From Candidatus Omnitrophota bacterium (GTDB lineage: Bacteria > Hinthialibacterota > Hinthialibacteria > OLB16): a DNA stretch of 35,931 bases. This document shows positions 15,896 to 24,940 of this stretch, one piece after another. A program made the position numbers and the translations under genes. Positions within the stretch are counted from its first letter, which is position 1; each line of letters starts with the position of its first letter. The notes under the pieces were generated by a model. The model was not told the DNA's origin. It saw nothing but the letters and a program-made list of their open reading frames with translations, and did not search any database. The stretch lies in NCBI GenBank assembly GCA_029261095.1, contig JAJDBZ010000381.1, positions 1 to 35,931 on the forward strand, written 5' to 3'.

Positions 15896-15941
15896 CCCAT
15901 GGTCGAAACCATGGGCTATTCTGAAAAGCCCCGATGGGGCT
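15896..15941. repeat. Additional two-hairpin REP-like element
   Basis: CCCATGGT-CGAA-ACCATGGG followed by CTAT (ATAG on the minus strand) and AGCCCC-GAT-GGGGCT. Confidence 0.6.
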
Positions 15942-15994
15942 AAAAGCAAGCCGCTCTACAATGTTTCTTGAAACCTGGATACTCTTCTCTTGGT

Positions 15995-18091
15995 ATGAAT
16001 CACGAGACCCAAAGTTCGGAATGCGATTGTTGGGAACGCTCGCGGAAATTTCTTGTCGGCGTTTTGCTGACTGGGATTCTCCTGCTCGCGGCCTGCCTGC
16101 GTCTTCAGGATCTCGGAAAGAACTCCCTTTGGGGGGATGAGATCAACATGATGCAGGTCAGTTCCGAATCGAACCTGGCCGAGGTTTGGAAAGCGGTCCG
16201 ACGCCCGCACTCCGTCGGGTATCCCGCCTTTCTCCACTACTGGCAAAGGGTCGATCGAGCCGAGTCGATGGTGAGACTCCCCTCCGCCATCGCGGGGGTC
16301 CTCGCGGTCGGGTTGCTTTACTGGATTGGGAGCCTGGTTTGGAACCGTGGGCTCGGACTCTCCGCCGCCTTTCTTCTGGCCATCGCCCCGGGGGCCATTC
16401 GGTTTTCACGCGAGGTCGCTCCCTATGGCATTCAAAACGCGGTCATCCTTGGCATCTTTCTGGTCTGGCTCTATGCCCTGAAAAGAAACCGTTGGTTGGA
16501 TTGGGTCCTATTCTCAGTTCTCGCAGCATGGAGCCATTACCTCCACCCTTTGGCCTCTCCCACACCGATCGGTCTCATGCTCCTGGCCCCTCTGATTTGG
16601 TTTTCCGGAATACCCAACCGCGGTTCATCCTATTCGGTTCAAAAGAAATCGTTCTGCTTATCGAGATGGGGAGGATCGCTCCTCCTTTATGCAGTCCTCA
16701 TCTTTCCACAGGCCTATGACAACTTTCGCGGGAGCCGCCAGTATGTCGAGAGCGCGAAGGAAACCCTCTCCTTCGGCAATTACTTTGAGGAAATCTTTCG
16801 CTTGTTCGGCGACTTCAATCCGGAAACCGTTTGGGCGGCGAGAGTCATCCTTCCGCTGTTAGTTCTGGGCATACCCATCCTCTTCCTCCGTTCCTGGGTC
16901 TTGGCGCTGGCTGTTCTCGGTTGGGCCTCCGGGACTCTGGCCATCTGGTTCGCCTTTTGGTGGGTGCAATCGCATTTTTTCGATTACCACTATCTGACCT
17001 CCCACCTCCCTGCTCTGCTTCTATTCGCGGGAGCAGGCATCGTTTGGGTCGCTTCCCTTCCAGGTCGTCTCTTTCGTGAGGGCGCGAAAGGTCGTTGGAT
17101 TGTTGGCGGCTTGATCGGTTCCCTGATCCTTGGGGGAATCCTCTGGGCCAGCCTTCCCTCGCTCCGTTACGAAGCCAACCGCAAGTGGCCGAACTACCGT
17201 GAAGCGGGAGAGTTCCTGACCTACCGCCTGCGCCCACAAGACCGGTACTATGTCCAGCCCGATCATTTTCTCTCGCTCAAACTCAAATACTACGCCGAAC
17301 AGGTCATCGATCAGGAAGTCGGGTTCGATATCTTTTTCGACAGGGAGAAACAAAAACAGCTCGCCGAAGAGGAGGGCATCCTCTACATCGCTTCCGGAAA
17401 ACCGCTGGGGGCGAAACGCGACTATCAGCGAAAATACCTTCATGGGGTCAATCTTCAGTGGAACCCGGAGGCCCAGAAGGAGCCCGGGTTTTATCAGAAA
17501 GTCTACCAACAACTCCTTCCCCTCGATCTTTACAAATACGGATTGATCCTGGAGGCCGAGGGGGATTTATCCAGTGCGCTCGCAGCTCATATCCAGGCCG
17601 CCTCCGATTCGCCAACAGACTACCGCCCCTTAAAGAAGAAGGCGGAAGTTCTTTATAAGCTGGGGCGACCCGAGGAATCCATCGCCGCGTTTGAGGAATC
17701 GCTTCCTCATGCACCCGAGGAAGAACGCTGGTGGATCTGGGTGGAAATCGGCAAGCGGTATTCGGAAATGAATGATCTCGAAGGGGAGATCGACAGTTAT
17801 CGGAAAGGTTTGGAGGAACCGGATGCCAATGAAGGTTACCTGTGGGAGGTTATCGGCGAAGCCTATTATCAATCCGAAAAATATGAGGAAGCGATCGACC
17901 CCTTCAAGAGCGCGATCGAAGAGGACCCGCACCGCTCGCGGTCGCTGATCCGGCTGGGTGAATTGATGATCGAGAAAGACCCGAACGCGGCGCGCGATTA
18001 TACCGAGAAGGGACGCGCTCTTCTCGGTCGAACCGATTATTATTGGGTCCAAAAAGCCGATGAAATCGAAGCGAAACTCGAGGAACAATAG
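15995..18091 (+). CDS. GT-C (ArnT/PMT-like) glycosyltransferase with C-terminal TPRs
   Basis: LRLQDLGKNSLWGDE first-loop motif, VRLPSAIAG, FSREVAPY, many TM helices; C-terminal TPR-like repeats (AEVLYKLGRPEESIAAFEESL, IGEAYYQSEKYEEAIDPFKSAIEEDP). Start is ATG 15995 or TTG 15968. Confidence 0.82.
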   Translation: MNHETQSSECDCWERSRKFLVGVLLTGILLLAACLRLQDLGKNSLWGDEINMMQVSSESNLAEVWKAVRRPHSVGYPAFLHYWQRVDRAESMVRLPSAIAGVLAVGLLYWIGSLVWNRGLGLSAAFLLAIAPGAIRFSREVAPYGIQNAVILGIFLVWLYALKRNRWLDWVLFSVLAAWSHYLHPLASPTPIGLMLLAPLIWFSGIPNRGSSYSVQKKSFCLSRWGGSLLLYAVLIFPQAYDNFRGSRQYVESAKETLSFGNYFEEIFRLFGDFNPETVWAARVILPLLVLGIPILFLRSWVLALAVLGWASGTLAIWFAFWWVQSHFFDYHYLTSHLPALLLFAGAGIVWVASLPGRLFREGAKGRWIVGGLIGSLILGGILWASLPSLRYEANRKWPNYREAGEFLTYRLRPQDRYYVQPDHFLSLKLKYYAEQVIDQEVGFDIFFDREKQKQLAEEEGILYIASGKPLGAKRDYQRKYLHGVNLQWNPEAQKEPGFYQKVYQQLLPLDLYKYGLILEAEGDLSSALAAHIQAASDSPTDYRPLKKKAEVLYKLGRPEESIAAFEESLPHAPEEERWWIWVEIGKRYSEMNDLEGEIDSYRKGLEEPDANEGYLWEVIGEAYYQSEKYEEAIDPFKSAIEEDPHRSRSLIRLGELMIEKDPNAARDYTEKGRALLGRTDYYWVQKADEIEAKLEEQ

Positions 18092-18093
18092 CG

Positions 18094-19245
18094 ATGGCGG
18101 GAAAGATCCGTTGTGCCCTCCTCTCCGAAATGCTTCAACCCTACCGCATCCCGGTCTTCAATCGCATCGCCGAAGATGACCGTATCGATTTCGAAGTCCT
18201 CCTCCTTTCGGTCCGGGAAGCGAACCGCGAGTGGGAGATCGAGATGGAGAACTGTCGGTTCAAATACCGGACTCTTCCGAGCAGAGATTTTTATATCCGC
18301 TCACTCGATTGGGGACTCCATTTCAATCGAGGCGTCGGCCGGGCATTGGATGAGATTGGCCCGGAGGTGGTGGTCGGCACGGGTTATGTTTCTCCGGCTT
18401 ACCTCGCCGGCCAGAAATGGGCCAAGAGGAACGGAGCGGGGTATGTGCTCTGGAGCGGCAGCACCGCCTCGACCTCCAGGATCGGTAAAGGGCCGCTCAA
18501 GTGGATGAAAAAAAGATTCGTTCGGAATTGCGAGGCCTACCTGAGCTATGGAACCGATGCCACTAAACAGCTGATCGCGCTCGGGGCGGATGCCTCCCGG
18601 GTGGTCACCGGATGCAATACAGTCGATATAGAAACGTTCGAAGAGAGGACGGAGACCGCGCGGAACGCCCCCGAATTCCCCGACTGGCGAAAGGGTTATC
18701 CCAAGCACCTGATCCTTTACATCGGACAGATGATCGAACGGAAGGGAGTCCCCGATCTAATTCGCGCCTTCCAATCGATCAAGGCTCGCGATCTCGGTTT
18801 GGTCCTGGTCGGAGATGGCCCTGAGCGCGAGCGATACCAGCGCGAATTCGAGGGGGTCGACCGAGTTTATTGGGAGGGTTACAAACAGTCTCGGGATTTG
18901 GGACCCTTCTTGGCCGCCGCCGATGTTCTGGTGATGCCCTCGCGTCTGGAGTTGTGGGGGTTGGTGGTCAACGAGGCGATGGCCTCCGGGCTGCCCGTGA
19001 TATCCACTACCTGTTCGGGTTCGACCACGGACCTTGTCGAAGAGGGGGTGACAGGCTATTCCTTCGAGGCAAAGGATGAGATGGCGCTGGCCACCCTGCT
19101 CAAATCGGTCGCCGATCACCCCGATCGTTGGGCGGAGATGGGCGGAAACGCTCGAGAACGTGTTCGAAAATGTGGACCGCGAGAGTATGCGGACTGTTTT
19201 GTGGAATCTGTTATCCTGGCGAAAGAGAATAAGATAAAGGGTTGA
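18094..19245 (+). CDS. Glycosyltransferase family 4
   Basis: PYRIPVFN, YIGQMIERKG, LVGDGP, VMPSRLELWGLVVNEAMASGLPVI (EX7E). Confidence 0.92.
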   Translation: MAGKIRCALLSEMLQPYRIPVFNRIAEDDRIDFEVLLLSVREANREWEIEMENCRFKYRTLPSRDFYIRSLDWGLHFNRGVGRALDEIGPEVVVGTGYVSPAYLAGQKWAKRNGAGYVLWSGSTASTSRIGKGPLKWMKKRFVRNCEAYLSYGTDATKQLIALGADASRVVTGCNTVDIETFEERTETARNAPEFPDWRKGYPKHLILYIGQMIERKGVPDLIRAFQSIKARDLGLVLVGDGPERERYQREFEGVDRVYWEGYKQSRDLGPFLAAADVLVMPSRLELWGLVVNEAMASGLPVISTTCSGSTTDLVEEGVTGYSFEAKDEMALATLLKSVADHPDRWAEMGGNARERVRKCGPREYADCFVESVILAKENKIKG

Positions 19246-19277
19246 ATCCATTCCGGTTACCCTCCCTTTCCAATTGT

Positions 19278-19286
19278 TGCTAGACT
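19278..19286 (+). promoter_or_regulatory. Extended -10 promoter, probably leaderless transcript
   Basis: TGcTAGACT ends 6 nt before ATG 19293; no Shine-Dalgarno sequence. Confidence 0.55.
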
Positions 19287-19292
19287 CGCGAA

Positions 19293-20423
19293 ATGCCCAG
19301 AGTTCTTCACCTCTATAAAGACATCTTTCCCCCTGTCTATGGCGGGATCGAAGTGGTCATGGGAAAACTCGCCTCTCATCAGGTGGAGAAGGGATGGGAT
19401 GTAGCCGTCGCGGTCTCCGGTCCTGTCGACCGTGAATGGTCCGAAAAAACCGGTGTCGAGGTGATCCCGGTCGGAGAATGGACACGGACGTTATCCAATC
19501 CGGTCTCATTCGGTTTTCTCAAAGTTCTGCGACGTGAAGAATACGATGCCCTCCACCTCCATCTCCCCTGCCCGACTGTGGTGCTTTCGACTCTGGCGGC
19601 TGGAAAAAGGAATGTCCCCTGGTTCGCATCCTATCAAAGCGACATTGTCCGTCAGAAACTGACAGGAGCCCTCTATGCTCCCCTGCAGCTCCGATTCCTT
19701 TCCCAATGCGAACGGATCTTCGTCTCCTCCCCTCCACTCCTGGAGACATCGCCAGTCCTCCAAAAGGTTCAGGACCGTTGCCAGGTTGTCCCCCTCGGCA
19801 TCTCGAGCGAACGCCTCTCAAAGGAAGACCAGGACGAGGGAGATCGAATTCGCTCGGAGTATCCGGACCGCCCCATTATCCTCTTTGTGGGTCGCTTCCG
19901 CTGGTACAAAGGGCTCAATGTCCTCCTTCAAGCGATGGACGAAGTCGACGCCACCCTCTTGGTGGTCGGATCCGGAACTTCCACACAGGTCCGAGAGACG
20001 CGGAAAATCGCGGCTGGATTGAAACATCCCGATCGAGTCCAATTTCTCGGGACAGTATCACGCCTCGAACCCATCCTTGCGGCAGGCGACCTGTTTTGTC
20101 TCCCCTCGACTCATCGGGCAGAGGCTTTCGGTTATGTCCTACTAGAGGCCTTTCGGACGGGGCTGCCGGCAGTCACCACTGAGCTCGGAACGGGAACCTC
20201 CTATGTGAACCAGGATGGAGTCACCGGGTATGTGGTCGCACCGCGCGATGCAAAAGCATTAGCCGAAGGATTAAACAACGCCATCACTGATCGAGTTCAC
20301 TTGAGAGATTTGGGAATTGCTGCAAGGAAACGTGTGGAAAAAGAATTCGGACTTGAAAAGATGGTGGGAGATATCCTGGACTCTTACCAGACGAAGACAG
20401 CCATCTTCGAGGACACGCGATGA
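19293..20423 (+). CDS. Glycosyltransferase family 4
   Basis: HLYKDIFPPVYGGIE, FVGRFRWYKG, CLPSTHRAEAFGYVLLEA (EX7E), GTGTSYVNQDGVTG. Confidence 0.92.
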   Translation: MPRVLHLYKDIFPPVYGGIEVVMGKLASHQVEKGWDVAVAVSGPVDREWSEKTGVEVIPVGEWTRTLSNPVSFGFLKVLRREEYDALHLHLPCPTVVLSTLAAGKRNVPWFASYQSDIVRQKLTGALYAPLQLRFLSQCERIFVSSPPLLETSPVLQKVQDRCQVVPLGISSERLSKEDQDEGDRIRSEYPDRPIILFVGRFRWYKGLNVLLQAMDEVDATLLVVGSGTSTQVRETRKIAAGLKHPDRVQFLGTVSRLEPILAAGDLFCLPSTHRAEAFGYVLLEAFRTGLPAVTTELGTGTSYVNQDGVTGYVVAPRDAKALAEGLNNAITDRVHLRDLGIAARKRVEKEFGLEKMVGDILDSYQTKTAIFEDTR

Positions 20424-22459
20424 CGCCAGCTGAAGAGATCGACTCCGGCAAAGGGTCTGTCAAAACCGGGCGTTGGGGGTTCTACATCCTCACGTTCGCT
20501 CTGGTCTTCGGTTCCCTTCTCATCGAAGTCCTTCTGATGATTCTCCTGAATGAAACCTTTTGGTACAAGAAAAAGGAAATCAACGTCAACTTGGCAGACC
20601 CCATCGCGGAGATCCCAAGATTGGGTGCACCCATGTATTCACCTGAAATTGGGAGAAGAAAGGCAAATCCATCCTCTGTATCGGATGCGGAAATGGAGAT
20701 CCATGTGAGGGTCGCGTATGGCGATGCTTTCTTCCAGGCGATTCAGAGGATGAATAACCCCCTCATTCGGCTGGAAATGCTGAACGAGAAGGGAGAAACG
20801 GTTTTCAGTTGGGAAGCCTCAAACGCACAGAAAAAGAGAGATCACTTGAACACATGGGAAAACAGTCTCTTCAGTCGGGATTTCGAATACCCTGTGAAAA
20901 CCTCCAAAGCCCATGATCTCGTCCTTTACTTTGTGAATTCACCCGATGTCCTCGAGGACACCCGCTTTCTTGCCATGAGGTACCGAACTTATTTTGCAGT
21001 GATTACCGCAATTAATTTCTTTGTGGTCATGCTGGTTTATCGCGGTGGGATGCGTCCGCTCGGGAGGATTGCCGGGGCGCTCTCCCATCCACCGGAGGAG
21101 ACTCCACCCATCATCTTCTCCCCGATTCACGAAGCCGAAAAGGCATACAACACACTGGCCAGGAGTACACGGTTGGTGAGGTCCCATTCCGAGATGACTG
21201 ACCGATGGGAAAGCCTGGATGAAGGTAAAATGCTTTCTTCTCTTGAGGACCGAGAAATATTCTGGACGCCCGCGCTCAGAACAATCCGGTTGGGTATGTC
21301 ATACCGGTCGGTCTTTTGGATACCGGCAGTCGAGTTGGAAAGAGGCAGTTGGGACCCAGTGATCGAGATGGACGAAAGAGAGATCGGACTCTTCAATCAA
21401 GATTCCTTTCTTTCCCTAATGGAGAAGACGGACACACCTAATTTGGTTTGGGAATCTCATCCCGAAGGTAAATTGACACGAAACCCGGGTGGCCAAGGTT
21501 CGAGGCCTTGGTTTCTATCGAAGGTTTTTCAAAAAGAAAAGCTTGCGGGATTTCTTGTGGCGACACCAAGGGGGACCAGGGAGTCCTGTCGTCTCGACCT
21601 CCCCTACTTCCAGAATCTGACGGCGTATCTCAGTCAGATCCTAACCCGATCCCTTGAACGATCTGAGCAACTCGATCGGGAGAGGTTCGAAGTGAGTATC
21701 GATCTCTCCGCCTCCATGGGACACGATCTCACCAACATCCTGGCGACAGGGAAACTCGAATTGGAAACACTGAAGACCGCCTTCAAGCGCGGGATTGTCC
21801 AGGTTCCGGATGAGAAGAGGCCAGCGGTCGAAGCGGCTGTCGAGGGATTGCGGAAAACTACGGTCCTATTGCAAGAGGTGGTCAATGTTTATCGCGCGTT
21901 CAGTTTTACCCGGGAACCTCGGTGGGAGATAATGGAACTTTCTCAGACGATCGGGGAGGTCATGGAACTTTATAGGCACTCGACTTCGCGCCCGGTGACC
22001 TACGAGAACCTCAGCGGTGACGAGAAAGTCGAAGCCTTCGCCGATCCTCGTTTGGTCAAACTTGTTCTGTTTAACCTGTTGGCCAATGCCACCCAGGCGA
22101 TCACTGCGCGCCAAAGGGATTCCAAAGAACCTCAGGGTAAGGTGGAAGTCGATTGTCTCTACAAAGAGGGGCAAGCCGTCTTTCGAGTGATGGACAACGG
22201 GACCGGGTTCCGCGACACCGAGGGGCATCGGCTCGAAGGGGTCGCACTCGATCATATTTTCCATTTCGATTTTTCCACGAAAGGCAAACAGGGGGGACTT
22301 GGCCTAGCCTGGGTGAAGAGCATCATCGAAGAGATTCATCCTGGTCACCTGAAGCCCTCCAATCGGGAAGGTGGATTGGGGGCAAATATGGAGGTGTACC
22401 TCCCCATCCCCACCGATGAGGAGCGAGAGAAGGCGGAAACGAACCGTCCATTCGCATGA
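20420..22459 (+). CDS. Membrane-bound sensor histidine kinase
   Basis: Two TM helices around a periplasmic region, HAMP-like linker, H box MGHDLTN, N box NLLANA, DNGTGF, IFHFDFSTK, GGLGLA. Confidence 0.9.
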   Translation: MTPAEEIDSGKGSVKTGRWGFYILTFALVFGSLLIEVLLMILLNETFWYKKKEINVNLADPIAEIPRLGAPMYSPEIGRRKANPSSVSDAEMEIHVRVAYGDAFFQAIQRMNNPLIRLEMLNEKGETVFSWEASNAQKKRDHLNTWENSLFSRDFEYPVKTSKAHDLVLYFVNSPDVLEDTRFLAMRYRTYFAVITAINFFVVMLVYRGGMRPLGRIAGALSHPPEETPPIIFSPIHEAEKAYNTLARSTRLVRSHSEMTDRWESLDEGKMLSSLEDREIFWTPALRTIRLGMSYRSVFWIPAVELERGSWDPVIEMDEREIGLFNQDSFLSLMEKTDTPNLVWESHPEGKLTRNPGGQGSRPWFLSKVFQKEKLAGFLVATPRGTRESCRLDLPYFQNLTAYLSQILTRSLERSEQLDRERFEVSIDLSASMGHDLTNILATGKLELETLKTAFKRGIVQVPDEKRPAVEAAVEGLRKTTVLLQEVVNVYRAFSFTREPRWEIMELSQTIGEVMELYRHSTSRPVTYENLSGDEKVEAFADPRLVKLVLFNLLANATQAITARQRDSKEPQGKVEVDCLYKEGQAVFRVMDNGTGFRDTEGHRLEGVALDHIFHFDFSTKGKQGGLGLAWVKSIIEEIHPGHLKPSNREGGLGANMEVYLPIPTDEEREKAETNRPFA

Positions 22460-23448
22460 AGACTCTTATCCGACTCCCCAATTGGATCGGTGACGCGGTT
22501 ATGGCTACACCGATGATTCGTGCTGTGTCGGGCGATCCCGGAACGGATTCCTGTTCAGTATGGGGACCACCCAAGGTGGCGACTCTGTTCCACCACGACC
22601 CTGGCATCGACTCCGTCATTGAGGCCGACTTGAAAGCCGATCCAAGTCGGAGTGAGGAGATTAGGGGAGCCGCGTTCGAACGGATTTACCTTTTGCCCAA
22701 CTCCTATTCCTCCGCGAGGGAGGCGAAATTTATCGAGATCCCGGAGCGGATCGGTTACCGGACTCAGTGGCGGGGTCCGCTTCTCACCCATCCAGTCAGG
22801 TGTGGCCCTAGAATCCGAACCTTGAGAATGGCGGAGTATTATCTTCACCTTCTCCCCACGGACATCCGTTCGCTCGCGGAGGGATCGGTCCCGAATCTTG
22901 CAGTTTCCGATGAAGAAAAGAGCGCGATAAGGGATCGACTCTCAGCCCTCCTCGAGTCGGGCTCTTCACTGGTGGGAATGGCTCCGGGGGCGGCGTTCGG
23001 TCCAGCCAAGCAATGGTTGATTGAGAATTTCCAAGAGCTCGCTGAGGAATTGGTTAGGGATAAAATATCCGTGGTGGTCCTTGGAGGGCCAAATGAGATC
23101 AATGCAGGAGATCAAATCGTTTGTAATCTCCCCTCGGGTTCGAGTCTCAATCTCGCCGGGAGGACGACGATACGCGAAATGATGGCGATCCTCGTTCATT
23201 GCCAAGCGTTAGTCACTAACGATAGCGGGCCGATGCACATCGCCGACGCTCTAGGGACACCAACCGTGGCCATTTTCGGTTCCACCGATTCTTCTTGGAC
23301 AGGGCCGCGTGGGAAACACCACCAAGTCTTGCAATCCAATGTCGCCTGCAACCCCTGTTTTTTGAGGGAGTGCCCGATTGGGTACGAGTGCATGAAAGGG
23401 ATCACGGTTGAAATGGCGAGGGAGGCGGTTGAGCGGGTGCTGGGTTGA
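22456..23448 (+). CDS. waaF: Lipopolysaccharide heptosyltransferase II (GT9)
   Basis: RLPNWIGDAVMATP, LLPNS, IPERIGY, APGAAFGPAKQW, VTNDSGPMHIA, AIFGST, CNPCFLRECP. Confidence 0.9.
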   Translation: MKTLIRLPNWIGDAVMATPMIRAVSGDPGTDSCSVWGPPKVATLFHHDPGIDSVIEADLKADPSRSEEIRGAAFERIYLLPNSYSSAREAKFIEIPERIGYRTQWRGPLLTHPVRCGPRIRTLRMAEYYLHLLPTDIRSLAEGSVPNLAVSDEEKSAIRDRLSALLESGSSLVGMAPGAAFGPAKQWLIENFQELAEELVRDKISVVVLGGPNEINAGDQIVCNLPSGSSLNLAGRTTIREMMAILVHCQALVTNDSGPMHIADALGTPTVAIFGSTDSSWTGPRGKHHQVLQSNVACNPCFLRECPIGYECMKGITVEMAREAVERVLG

Positions 23449-23554
23449 ATCACGAACGGCTCGAAGGTGGCCGAAAGACTCGAAGAGAAGAATACAAAAA
23501 TCTTTGATTTTTGTCCTTCGAGTCTTTCGGCCCCTTTCGCGGTTTTCGTGGTTC
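23447..23554. repeat. Long nested palindrome between convergent genes (REP/MITE-like; possible bidirectional terminator)
   Basis: Outer arms GAATCACGAA/TTCGTGGTTC, perfect 17-bp arms 23469-23485/23516-23532, inner 9-bp arms 23494-23502/23506-23514. Confidence 0.82.
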
Positions 23555-23567
23555 GATTGAACGTAAA

Positions 23568-24287
23568 CTATCGATAACTCCAATCCGCTCTATCGCTCAG
23601 ATGCGGCGTCTCGTTAAAAGAGCTTAAAGTGAACTTGCCCTCGGTGAAGAGGAAGGTGGTGAGCGAGGCATTCCGCAGCATCCAAGAGAGTTGAAGGGTC
23701 GTCTCCGAGTCGGTTTTGAGGGCGTACTGCATCGCGACTCCGATGGTTCCACCCGAGGTGAAAGCGGCGATGTGTTGGCTGCGGCCGACGTTGCGGGTCA
23801 TTTCTTCGATGGAAGACTCGACCCTTCCCACAAACTCCTTCCAAGATTCGACTTTGTTGAAATGAATCTCTCCCGCGATCCAATGTCTCATCGCGGTCTC
23901 GAACATCTTTTGGTAGGTGCGGAAACGCTCTCTGTCGCCGGTCGCGTTTTTGAAGGTTTGGTATTGCTCCTCGAGGGAGGGATCGATTTCGCGAAGATCG
24001 TCGAGGTGGTTGTATAGAAACTCTTCGGCTTGGTATTCGTTCAATCCGGGGAGTACCTTGCTCTCGGGACATGAAAGACCTCGGTCGACGTAGACCTGAC
24101 GAACGATTTCCGCGGAATCAATCTGGCGTTTCAAACCCCCTGAGTAGATTGCATCCAATTGAAGATTCTGGTCGCACCAATATTCTCCGAGAAGTTGGAT
24201 CTGTTTCTCTCCCAATGGAGAAAGCCGATCGTAGTTGTCGGTCAGGAATGATGCCTGACCATGACGGACCAGCAAAAGAAGACTCAT
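23568..24287 (-). CDS. Histidine phosphatase (phosphoglycerate mutase-like) family protein
   Basis: LVRHGQASF..YDRLSPLG, LNEY, AFTSGG, NASLT, SFNETPHL. Confidence 0.9.
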   Translation of the reverse strand: MSLLLLVRHGQASFLTDNYDRLSPLGEKQIQLLGEYWCDQNLQLDAIYSGGLKRQIDSAEIVRQVYVDRGLSCPESKVLPGLNEYQAEEFLYNHLDDLREIDPSLEEQYQTFKNATGDRERFRTYQKMFETAMRHWIAGEIHFNKVESWKEFVGRVESSIEEMTRNVGRSQHIAAFTSGGTIGVAMQYALKTDSETTLQLSWMLRNASLTTFLFTEGKFTLSSFNETPHLSDRADWSYR

Positions 24288-24940
24288 TCAGAAAGGTGCT
24301 CCCGCACCAGGTCCGACCAGATGGTGTATCCCTTGTCAGTCAAATGGAGACCGTCATTGAGAAGTAGGTCTGGTATCGGTTTCGCATCTTCGCCAATCAT
24401 CGGGGTATCGATGTCGATGTAGATCAGATTCTCATCCTGAGTGGTGTACTGCTCGATCAATTGGTTCGCTTTCCTCATCTCATCCACGAGGGTCCAGCGG
24501 GAGAGACTCGGTTTGATGCAGACATAGAGCAGGCGGGTGTCGGGGAGATGATCCTTGATGATCCCGGCAAAGGTTTTGTAGTCCTCGAAAACATCCTTAG
24601 CCGATTTTCCGCTAGCAATATCGTTGTCACCCGCATAGAAGACGACGGTCGCGGGTTTGTACGGGAGAAGGATGCGGTCTGCAAAATTGATCGAGTCGGC
24701 GATCTGAGAACCGCCGAAACCGCGATTGATGACAGGGAGATCGGGAAAGAATTTATCCAGATCCCAGAACCGAATGCTGGAACTCCCGACAAACAAGATC
24801 CCATTCTGAGGAGGGGGGTTGGCTTTATCCGTCTCCTCGAAAAATTGGATTTCATCCTCCCAACGAGTTGAGTCGTGTTCGGCATGGCACATAAGTGTTG
24901 GGATGATTAAACTGATGATGGAAAGAGCAATGAATCTCAT
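24284..24940 (-). CDS. Secreted SGNH/GDSL hydrolase
   Basis: Signal peptide; FVGSSSIRFW, NRGFGGS, YAGDND, DGLHL. Confidence 0.92.
   Translation of the reverse strand: MRFIALSIISLIIPTLMCHAEHDSTRWEDEIQFFEETDKANPPPQNGILFVGSSSIRFWDLDKFFPDLPVINRGFGGSQIADSINFADRILLPYKPATVVFYAGDNDIASGKSAKDVFEDYKTFAGIIKDHLPDTRLLYVCIKPSLSRWTLVDEMRKANQLIEQYTTQDENLIYIDIDTPMIGEDAKPIPDLLLNDGLHLTDKGYTIWSDLVREHLSE

Noticed and set aside
13492-15941. CRISPR array or integron attC array
   Set aside because: Repeats lack constant-length repeat/unique-spacer periodicity, there are no cas or intI genes, and I saw no attC-type ends.
23745-23770. Loss of the second catalytic His in the histidine phosphatase (TSGG instead of HGG)
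   Set aside because: FTSGG is common in this subfamily to my knowledge, so not evidence of novelty or decay.
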